This document shows, one piece after another, positions 1 to 5,653 of a stretch of 52,904 bases of DNA. This DNA comes from a virus (lineage: Duplodnaviria; Caudoviricetes), in IMG/VR virus record IMGVR_UViG_3300025585_000055, positions 1 through 52,904 of that record. One strand, given 5' to 3'. The position numbers and the translations under genes are program-made. The notes beneath the pieces were generated by a model that had not been told where the DNA came from, did not search any database, and worked only from the letters and a program-made list of their open reading frames with translations. The first letter of the stretch is position 1. The number at the start of each line of letters is the position of its first letter.

Positions 1-187
1 CGTAGCCGTCGCCGTCGCCTCTGTCGTCGCCGTAGCCGTCGCCGTCGCCGTCGCCGTTGCCGTGGCCGTAGCTGTAGCCGTAGCCGTTGCCTCTGCCGTA
101 GCCGTTGCCGTTGCCGTTGCCGTAGCCGTTGCCGTTGCCGTCGCCGTAGCCGTCGCCGTAGCCTCTGCCGTTGCCGTCGAACTTCAT
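1..187 (-). CDS. Gly-X dipeptide repeat protein (MKFDGNGRGYGDGYGDGNGNGYG...), truncated by the window edge
   Basis: ATG at 187 with an AAGGA RBS. Open frame of GGC-NAC codons runs off the left end. Not in the ORF track; translated by hand. Confidence 0.8.
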   Translation of the reverse strand, partial: MKFDGNGRGYGDGYGDGNGNGYGNGNGNGYGRGNGYGYSYGHGNGDGDGDGYGDDRGDGDGY

Positions 188-197
188 GTGGGCGTCC

Positions 198-215
198 TTA
201 CTCAGATTTGAGTAA
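198..215. repeat. Early-region palindrome copy 1, TTACTCAGATTTGAGTAA
   Basis: Read directly; abuts the RBS of the 1..187 gene. Confidence 0.9.
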
Positions 216-238
216 ATTATACATAACTTTACTTGTTT

Positions 239-562
239 TTACAAGTTACTCCGCGCTGAGTTGAGCAGTCGTTCCAGCTCGTTGGTCGGCAGTGGGGCAC
301 AGTTCTTGCCGTGGGGCCAGCATTGCCCCTGATGTTTGCTCGTGGTGCGGCTGTACTTGTCCGAGTTGACGAACCATGTGTCGGTGCGTGTGTCGCACAC
401 GAACATCGGCCAGTAGCCGTAGCTGTAAACGACGTAGAAGTGTTTCACCCGGCGTCCGATGACGCTGTGCCCGCCTGTGGCGTAGGTGTTACGTGAGCCT
501 TTGAACTCTTGGCAGGTGAGCACGTACTGCCGGGCGCTGGTGTTGGGTACTTGTCGTGTCAT
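239..562 (-). CDS. Hypothetical early phage protein (107 aa)
   Basis: AGGAG RBS; start overlaps the upstream stop (ATGA). Confidence 0.8.
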   Translation of the reverse strand: MTRQVPNTSARQYVLTCQEFKGSRNTYATGGHSVIGRRVKHFYVVYSYGYWPMFVCDTRTDTWFVNSDKYSRTTSKHQGQCWPHGKNCAPLPTNELERLLNSARSNL

Positions 563-1020
563 GGTTGCTGCTCCTGTGGTTGGTCGTCGAATGCAAGGGG
601 TTTCCCACTCATGGGGTAATCGGCTCGCACGGTCAGATAAAAGTTTTCGTAAAGAACGTCCATGAGCGCACTCAACTCGCCGATCTCCATCTCCGAGCTG
701 TTAATTGGTTCCAGTATGTCCCGTTCGGTGTCGTTAAGTTCTTCGCCAACGCGCACGAACGCTGTGGCTGCACCGTGTTCTCTGGCAAGAATTTGCAGGG
801 TCTCATGGCCTTGCACTATGTCGTAACTCGGATACCACTTCACATCCTCGAATGACGCAATGATTAATCCTTCGGTTATGTGTGATAACGGTCGGCAGTA
901 TTCTTCCAAAGCCAACCGCACGGTCTCCGGCTGGAAAGCCACTACCTTTCGGCAAAATTCTTTGAGCTTGTTTTCATCGGGGAAGATAATCCCTAACCCC
1001 ACGTCGCTGCGGTAACCCAT
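559..1020 (-). CDS. Hypothetical phage protein (MGYRSDV..., 153 aa)
   Basis: Start moved to ATG 1020, which has a GGAGG RBS and follows the upstream stop at 1022-1024. Confidence 0.8.
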   Translation of the reverse strand: MGYRSDVGLGIIFPDENKLKEFCRKVVAFQPETVRLALEEYCRPLSHITEGLIIASFEDVKWYPSYDIVQGHETLQILAREHGAATAFVRVGEELNDTERDILEPINSSEMEIGELSALMDVLYENFYLTVRADYPMSGKPLAFDDQPQEQQP

Positions 1021-1021
1021 C

Positions 1022-1216
1022 TCAGTCCTCCTTCGGGCAGCTGCCCGCTGTGTTGTTGTAGTCCGGCCAGCCGTACTCGCCGCCCGTCTCATTCCATATC
1101 TGCACCATTTCGCAGTGCAGTTGTTGCTCGGATGTGTCTGGCTTGTTGTCGCCAAACTTCCACGCCAGCACTAGGGTTACTAGCGCAAAGGTTATAAGTA
1201 GTGCGTTGTTCTTCAT
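1022..1216 (-). CDS. Small membrane-anchored or exported protein (64 aa)
   Basis: ATG 1216 overlaps the upstream TGA. Hydrophobic N-terminus LLITFALVTLVLAW; two Cys in the remainder. Confidence 0.75.
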   Translation of the reverse strand: MKNNALLITFALVTLVLAWKFGDNKPDTSEQQLHCEMVQIWNETGGEYGWPDYNNTAGSCPKED

Positions 1217-1476
1217 TCTTCGTCCTCCGGTACTTCTGCTTCGTCCTCGCCCAGCTCCAAGCCCATCTCTTGACACATTGCCCGCACTTCTTCCTCTGAC
1301 CACTCGGCCCGCTCGGGCTGCACCCACTCCGGTGACTGAAGCGCCGTAATCCACCACTCTTGGTCTTGTTGCTCATGTGTCGCCCACTCAACCGCTTCGT
1401 CTTGGGACTCGAACGGCCCAGTAATGAAAAGCCCGTCGATTGGATTGCCGGTTACTACACAGAATTGTCTACTCAT
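1213..1476 (-). CDS. Acidic hypothetical protein (87 aa)
   Basis: AAAGGAG RBS directly after palindrome copy 2. Confidence 0.8.
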   Translation of the reverse strand: MSRQFCVVTGNPIDGLFITGPFESQDEAVEWATHEQQDQEWWITALQSPEWVQPERAEWSEEEVRAMCQEMGLELGEDEAEVPEDEE

Positions 1477-1487
1477 GTCGTGCTCCT

Positions 1488-1504
1488 TTACTCAAATCTG
1501 AGTA
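1488..1504. repeat. Early-region palindrome copy 2, TTACTCAAATCTGAGTA
   Basis: Read directly; contains the stop of 1492..1731 and abuts the next RBS. Confidence 0.9.
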
Positions 1505-1731
1505 TTTACTGGTTGTTGTGGTACTTCTACTTCTGCTTCTGTTTCGATCCACACGCGAGCGCCGCAGGACAGCGGCTTGTCCGGGCTGTACACCACTCGG
1601 CTGGGGCCGTGGATGATCACCTCGTTGCACGTGGTGTTGTCCTTGTATGTCTTGACGGTCAGCACCGGCAGGTTCGCGCCCTTGGTGTTCGCACGGATGT
1701 TGTGCTGGTTCACATGGATTCTGGTTCTCAT
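1492..1731 (-). CDS. Hypothetical phage protein (IHVNQHNI...KPLSCGARVWIET, 79 aa)
   Basis: GAGGT RBS; tightly packed in the operon; motif type I recall from phage genomes. Confidence 0.8.
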   Translation of the reverse strand: MRTRIHVNQHNIRANTKGANLPVLTVKTYKDNTTCNEVIIHGPSRVVYSPDKPLSCGARVWIETEAEVEVPQQPVNTQI

Positions 1732-1735
1732 GGCG

Positions 1736-1915
1736 TCACCTCGGCGTTGTCTTCCTCATCAGTGCAGTGGTTTCGGTTTCGCGTTTGTCGAGCACGCACT
1801 GGGCGTGCTCCGTGAACAGCTTGGTGTAGTCGGATGGCTTGCCGCCGTACTTGTCGGCTCTCTCCTTGGCACTAGGCACAAGGGTGATCTTCTTGCCGCA
1901 TATCGTGCAGTTCAT
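1736..1915 (-). CDS. Small putative zinc-binding protein (MNCTICGKKITLVPSAKERA...EHAQC, 59 aa)
   Basis: Below the ORF-track cutoff; translated by hand. AAGGAG RBS and ATGA overlap; fills the gap exactly. Confidence 0.75.
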   Translation of the reverse strand: MNCTICGKKITLVPSAKERADKYGGKPSDYTKLFTEHAQCVLDKRETETTALMRKTTPR

Positions 1916-2109
1916 GTCGTTCTCCTTGGATTGATCTGCTTAACCGCATCCAGCGCGTCGTCGCCGCTGAAGGCCATATAACCCTGCTTGTGCAGGGGAA
2001 TTACTGTGTGCTTGCGCTGCCGGGCTTGCTGTTCGCCGCAGGTGAGGCACGTTGTGTAGCCCAGCGCCGCACGGCGCGGGTGGATCGGTGCGTTGCAGGC
2101 GCAGTTCAT
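1912..2109 (-). CDS. DksA/TraR-like C4 zinc-finger protein (65 aa)
   Basis: CAC-NAPIHPRRAALGYTT-CLTC resembles the TraR/DksA finger (CxxC..IP..R..ALP....CxxC). AAAGGAG RBS. Confidence 0.6.
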   Translation of the reverse strand: MNCACNAPIHPRRAALGYTTCLTCGEQQARQRKHTVIPLHKQGYMAFSGDDALDAVKQINPRRTT

Positions 2110-2120
2110 GCGGTTCTCCT

Positions 2121-2137
2121 TTACTCAGATTTGAGTA
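2121..2137. repeat. Early-region palindrome copy 3, TTACTCAGATTTGAGTA
   Basis: Read directly; lies between the stop at 2139 and the RBS of 1912..2109. Confidence 0.9.
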
Positions 2138-2138
2138 T

Positions 2139-2543
2139 TTACTGGTGCAGGTCGCGCAGGACGAAGTACGCATACACGCTGTAGTCGTGGTCGTCGCACG
2201 GGTCGTCCAAATCATTGAAGAATGTGCGCTGGCCCTTCTTGGCGGGCTTGATTCTGTTCACGGCAGCGTATGCGGCACGGGTCAGGGCATCGGCCAGCTT
2301 TTCTTCATGCGGCTGCACAAGGTCTGCGGACAGCAGACGGGCAGCGTCACAGTTACCGCCGATGTAGCCGTTGCGAAGCTCGTAGCGCAGTGCGTCCTTG
2401 ATCTGTTTGAGCGTCATGCCCTTGAAGGCGAGTATCTGCACGTGGGGCAGGTGATGGCCGCTCCAGTAATCGGGAAGGCACGTGTCAGCGTGAACGAACT
2501 CCAGCACGGGGCGTGGTGTGAGGGTCAGGGTGGTCTGGATCAT
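2139..2543 (-). CDS. Hypothetical early protein (134 aa)
   Basis: AAAGGAG RBS; first gene downstream of the 2670-2698 promoter. Confidence 0.8.
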   Translation of the reverse strand: MIQTTLTLTPRPVLEFVHADTCLPDYWSGHHLPHVQILAFKGMTLKQIKDALRYELRNGYIGGNCDAARLLSADLVQPHEEKLADALTRAAYAAVNRIKPAKKGQRTFFNDLDDPCDDHDYSVYAYFVLRDLHQ

Positions 2544-2564
2544 GTCGTGCTCCTTTGCTTATTT

Positions 2565-2582
2565 TTACTCAAATCTGAGTAA
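2565..2582. repeat. Early-region palindrome copy 4, TTACTCAAATCTGAGTAA
   Basis: Read directly; about 10 bp upstream of the RBS of 2139..2543. Confidence 0.9.
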
Positions 2583-2669
2583 GGGGTTTATCGGTTTGGG
2601 TTGATGGTTAGGTATTCGGTTTGTCGTGGTGGTTTGATGCTTGCGTAGCTCTCTCATCTGTACGTGTAC

Positions 2670-2698
2670 AGTATAACAGTTTATAGGATAAATGTCAA
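2670..2698 (-). promoter_or_regulatory. Sigma70 early promoter TTGACA-N17-TATACT
   Basis: Perfect -35, 17 bp spacer and 5/6 -10, pointing into the early genes. Confidence 0.85.
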
Positions 2699-2712
2699 GT
2701 TTGAACGGCACG

Positions 2713-3266
2713 GCCCAGCAAAATCAAGGGAGGTAGCGAAGTATAAAGGTATGCGAGTGCGTTTTCTGAAAAAACTAGAATAAATCGTTTTACAGTGTTT
2801 GTGGGGCGTTTTTCGGCATCCCGTCAAATCAGAGGGGGAAAGTAGGCAAGGTATTTTTGAGGTATTTCCTGAAACCCAGTAACGGCGCGGGAAGTAGGTA
2901 TAGTATGTAAGTATGGATTTTTAACTTTTATTAGGGTTCGTAGGGTCTAATTTAGCATTTTTGCTGCTTCTTAACCGCAAACTGCAAAAATCCTGCTCCC
3001 TTTGGCTCTAAGTAATGTTTTTCGACCTACTTACCTACTTCCCTACCTCCCTTGATTTTACTGGGCTGCAGCGAAGTGCGAAAAATACCTCCACATACTT
3101 TGCATACCTTTGAACGAATTATTACTGTAAAACGATTTATCCTAGTTGTTTAGACCTAAGTTGTTTACATACTTCCTACTTCCCTACTTTTCATTTTTAA
3201 GCTATGAGAAGTTTAGCTCGCGTTTTGAAAACACCGAGGTCACATACTTCCTACTTCCCTACTTTT
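2713..3266. other. Candidate replication origin: oppositely oriented A(A/G)GTA(G/T) hexamer clusters around an AT-rich centre, with long inverted repeats
   Basis: About 9 forward hexamers (2731-2914) and 12 reverse hexamers (3027-3264). Inverted repeats at 2713-2743/3036-3066 and 2773-2796/3124-3147; direct repeat at 3167-3191/3242-3266. Confidence 0.55.
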
Positions 3267-3283
3267 ACTCAAATTTGAGTAAA
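3264..3283. repeat. Early-region palindrome copy 5, TTTACTCAAATTTGAGTAAA (perfect, 20 bp)
   Basis: Read directly. Confidence 0.9.
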
Positions 3284-3325
3284 CAGGCCGCTTTCTTGTT
3301 TTTACTTGTTTTAAACGAGCCGACC

Positions 3326-3351
3326 GCTGCCTGCTGCCTGCTGCCTGCTGC
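3326..3351. repeat. Short tandem repeat (GCTGCCT) x about 3.7
   Basis: Read directly. Confidence 0.8.
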
Positions 3352-3391
3352 TCACTACTGGTATCTACTACTAACTTCAACTACTGGTGTC

Positions 3392-3414
3392 AAAAAGCCC
3401 GGCGAACCGGGCTT
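3392..3414 (-). terminator. Rho-independent terminator AAGCCCGG-TTCG-CCGGGCTTTTT
   Basis: GC stem, UUCG loop and U tract right after the stop of 3421..3723. Confidence 0.85.
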
Positions 3415-3420
3415 GGCGGG

Positions 3421-3723
3421 TTAGACTTCAAGCCTGATATTATTCTTGACAGCCTCAACAAGCCTGCCAAGGTCGGCTCCCCAATACTCGGGAATCAGTG
3501 GGTAAATGGCGTCACCTTTCGGTGTCTCCAAAATGCCGAACAGATTAAGATCATCATCCCAAAACACTTCGGAAATACTCAAGTTCGAGTAATCGAAAAC
3601 CAATCCAAAGGCATCAGCGTATTCGCCAAGCATTGCGAGCCGGTAAGAATTCGCTGGGACATCCACCGTAATAAGTGGCCTTTCCGGCATTTTGAATATG
3701 TGTCCAGTTGGGGAAACTACCAT
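3421..3723 (-). CDS. Hypothetical early protein (100 aa)
   Basis: TAGGAG RBS; followed by a terminator. Confidence 0.75.
   Translation of the reverse strand: MVVSPTGHIFKMPERPLITVDVPANSYRLAMLGEYADAFGLVFDYSNLSISEVFWDDDLNLFGILETPKGDAIYPLIPEYWGADLGRLVEAVKNNIRLEV
3576..3591. repeat. Degenerate palindrome copy TACTCAAGTTCGAGTA (intragenic)
   Basis: Two mismatches to the perfect 16-bp core; inside 3421..3723. Confidence 0.55.
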
Positions 3724-3779
3724 TCTTTTTTGCTCCTAAGTGTGCCGCCCGGCCAATCCGGGCGGCTTGGTGGATTGGT

Positions 3780-4349
3780 TTACCAAGTCATTGCCGCTTC
3801 GGCGGCATTCAAGTGTTCCAGTATCTTGTCGCGATTCGCGACATCCATGCCAGCCACTTCCAAAATCAGGGCTCGCAATACCTTGCGAACATCGCCCATT
3901 TTGACCGGTTCTCCCTTTTCTTCCTTGTCGGATTGTTCCTTGTCCGCCTCGCTTTCCGCTTTTGCCGCTTCCGGATTCAGTTTGCGCCATGCCGTTTCGA
4001 TCATGGCTCGGAAACTTGCAAGGTACTTGTTGACCTCTGAGGTCAACGCATTGCGGGCGTCTTGCAAATTGTTTGCCTTTGCCGCTTTGCTATCCATTGA
4101 CCACAGGGCAAATTCCGCCTTGTCCAGCAAGCCGGACGCAATAAGTCCTTGGACACCTTGTAGAGTGTCCTTGCTGATATGTCCGGCATCAACGCCAGCC
4201 TTTGAGAACCAGTCGCCCCGTGCGCCTTGCGCTGCCAATTCTTCCGCCGCTTTTTTCTTGAGCGCTGTCGCGCTCTTAGCTTTGCTTGCTCCCTCTCTGA
4301 TAAGGGTCGCGACTTCTTTGTTGATTGTAAAACCGATTGATTTTTGCAT
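3780..4349 (-). CDS. Hypothetical helical early protein (189 aa), first gene of the early transcript
   Basis: AAAGGT RBS; downstream of the 4420-4447 promoter. Confidence 0.8.
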   Translation of the reverse strand: MQKSIGFTINKEVATLIREGASKAKSATALKKKAAEELAAQGARGDWFSKAGVDAGHISKDTLQGVQGLIASGLLDKAEFALWSMDSKAAKANNLQDARNALTSEVNKYLASFRAMIETAWRKLNPEAAKAESEADKEQSDKEEKGEPVKMGDVRKVLRALILEVAGMDVANRDKILEHLNAAEAAMTW

Positions 4350-4419
4350 ACGTCACCTTTAGTTGATCCCGGCGGGATTGCCGGGGGAATGTCGGGCAGG
4401 AATTGCCCGACTTGTGAAC

Positions 4420-4447
4420 ATAATAGCACATCTTTTCATTGTGTCAA
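4420..4447 (-). promoter_or_regulatory. Sigma70 early promoter TTGACA-N16-TATTAT with extended -10 TG
   Basis: Perfect -35 and TGc-TATTAT, pointing to 3780..4349. Confidence 0.75.
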
Positions 4448-4462
4448 CTTGTTTTACATTGA

Positions 4463-4482
4463 TTTACTCAAATTTGAGTAAA
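4463..4482. repeat. Early-region palindrome copy 6, TTTACTCAAATTTGAGTAAA (perfect, 20 bp)
   Basis: Read directly; 15 bp upstream of the -35 element. Confidence 0.9.
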
Positions 4483-4486
4483 GCCG

Positions 4487-4545
4487 GCCCCGGTCAATCC
4501 AGCGAATCCGGCAGCGCCAGCCCCGGTCAATCCAGCGAATCCGGC
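4487..4545. repeat. 26-bp direct repeat x2, GCCCCGGTCAATCCAGCGAATCCGGC
   Basis: Exact copies at 4487-4512 and 4520-4545. Confidence 0.9.
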
Positions 4546-4842
4546 GCATGGCGACCCCACCCACCCGGCACCCCCCGCTTTTGCAGCGAAGTTACGGCTC
4601 GCGTACATCAAACTAATCCAGTCAAACGATTTCCGGTTCCACGGAATTCCCGCTTTTCAGCGTTTCCATTTCTACGAAATTGCAAAACAAGCCCGTCAAG
4701 TTAGCGGTCCAATACTCCGCAAAATTCCCGTCATAAAGAAAGACACTTGACACCTTATACCCCCTCCCCCTTTCCGTACAAATCGGCCGGCGCAGACCCC
4801 ACCCCTCTCGGCATAGCAACCCACCCCGTCAAGGGGACCCGA

Positions 4843-4935
4843 AAACATGAATTACCACCCAGTGCATACCACAACCGCGAAGCGGCCCGAAACATGAATT
4901 ACCACCCAGTGCATACCACAACCGCGAAGCGGCCC
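4843..4935. repeat. 46-bp tandem direct repeat x2 upstream of terS
   Basis: AAACATGAATTACCACCCAGTGCATACCACAACCGCGAAGCGGCCC at 4843-4888 and 4890-4935. Confidence 0.9.
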
Positions 4936-5002
4936 AACGCATTGACAGGCCGGGTATATCCAGCGCAGACTAGAGGAATCGGCCATTTACAGGCTTGCAA
5001 CC

Positions 5003-5653
5003 ATGACGGTGATGATTTTGAACGCAGACCGTGCGGTCCCTATGACAGACGAAGCGCAGAACATTGACCTGCGCGAAAGAATCAGTGCTGCAGCAGCTAC
5101 GCTCGATCTACTGGCCGAAGTTGGCTACGATTTCGACATAAACGACGATGACATTGCTGAAGCCAACGATCTGGCAAAGTCCTTTGCCAAAGACCCCGCA
5201 GCGACCTCCAAAGCAACAACCCACAAACGTGCGTCCAGCCTCGCTCCTGCCACAGTGGCTCTTGTTAAAACAATTTTAGACGAGTTTGGACACGAGATCG
5301 CCGAGAGCTCAAAATCCATACGCAACCTTGTCGTCAACAAATTGATCATTGAATCGGAAAACCCCGATGCCCGGATACGCATAAAAGCCATTGAGATGTT
5401 GGGCAAGATGTCGGATGTCGCGCTGTTCACAGAACGCAGTGAGGTGCTGATAACCCACCAGAGCAGCGATGATCTGAAGAGCAAGCTCAAAGAGAAGTTG
5501 CAGAAGCTGCGAGAAAGCACCACGACGATGGTGCAGAACCACGAAGGCGTGTTTGAAGCAGTCGAGTTCAATGATGTCCCGAAGGTAGAGGCGGAAAGTT
5601 TCCAGTTGGATGAAGCGATGCAGGAGCTGGGGATTGAAGACTACATCAAGTAA
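5003..5653 (+). CDS. terS: Putative terminase small subunit
   Basis: Directly upstream of terL; RIKAIEMLGK resembles the TerS ALELLGK oligomerisation motif. Start uncertain (5003-5042). Confidence 0.65.
   Translation: MTVMILNADRAVPMTDEAQNIDLRERISAAAATLDLLAEVGYDFDINDDDIAEANDLAKSFAKDPAATSKATTHKRASSLAPATVALVKTILDEFGHEIAESSKSIRNLVVNKLIIESENPDARIRIKAIEMLGKMSDVALFTERSEVLITHQSSDDLKSKLKEKLQKLRESTTTMVQNHEGVFEAVEFNDVPKVEAESFQLDEAMQELGIEDYIK

Noticed and set aside
1-187. Diversity-generating retroelement target (AAC varying to TAC/GAC/CAC)
   Set aside because: No reverse transcriptase or template repeat in the window; the variation is explained by a simple hexamer repeat.
3146-3424. 92-aa plus-strand ORF with repeated TYFLLPYF
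   Set aside because: Translation of the non-coding repeat array; TTG start, no RBS, and antisense to local transcription.
3700-4362. 220-aa plus-strand ORF
   Set aside because: Antisense shadow of 3780..4349, which has the RBS and promoter.
198-4482. Palindromic repeats as a CRISPR array
   Set aside because: Spacing is irregular (about 300-1300 bp) with whole genes between copies, and there is no cas operon. The Cas4-like nuclease is an ordinary phage replication-module exonuclease.
4747-4775. TTGACA as a plus-strand promoter
   Set aside because: No plausible -10 element at 16-18 bp spacing.
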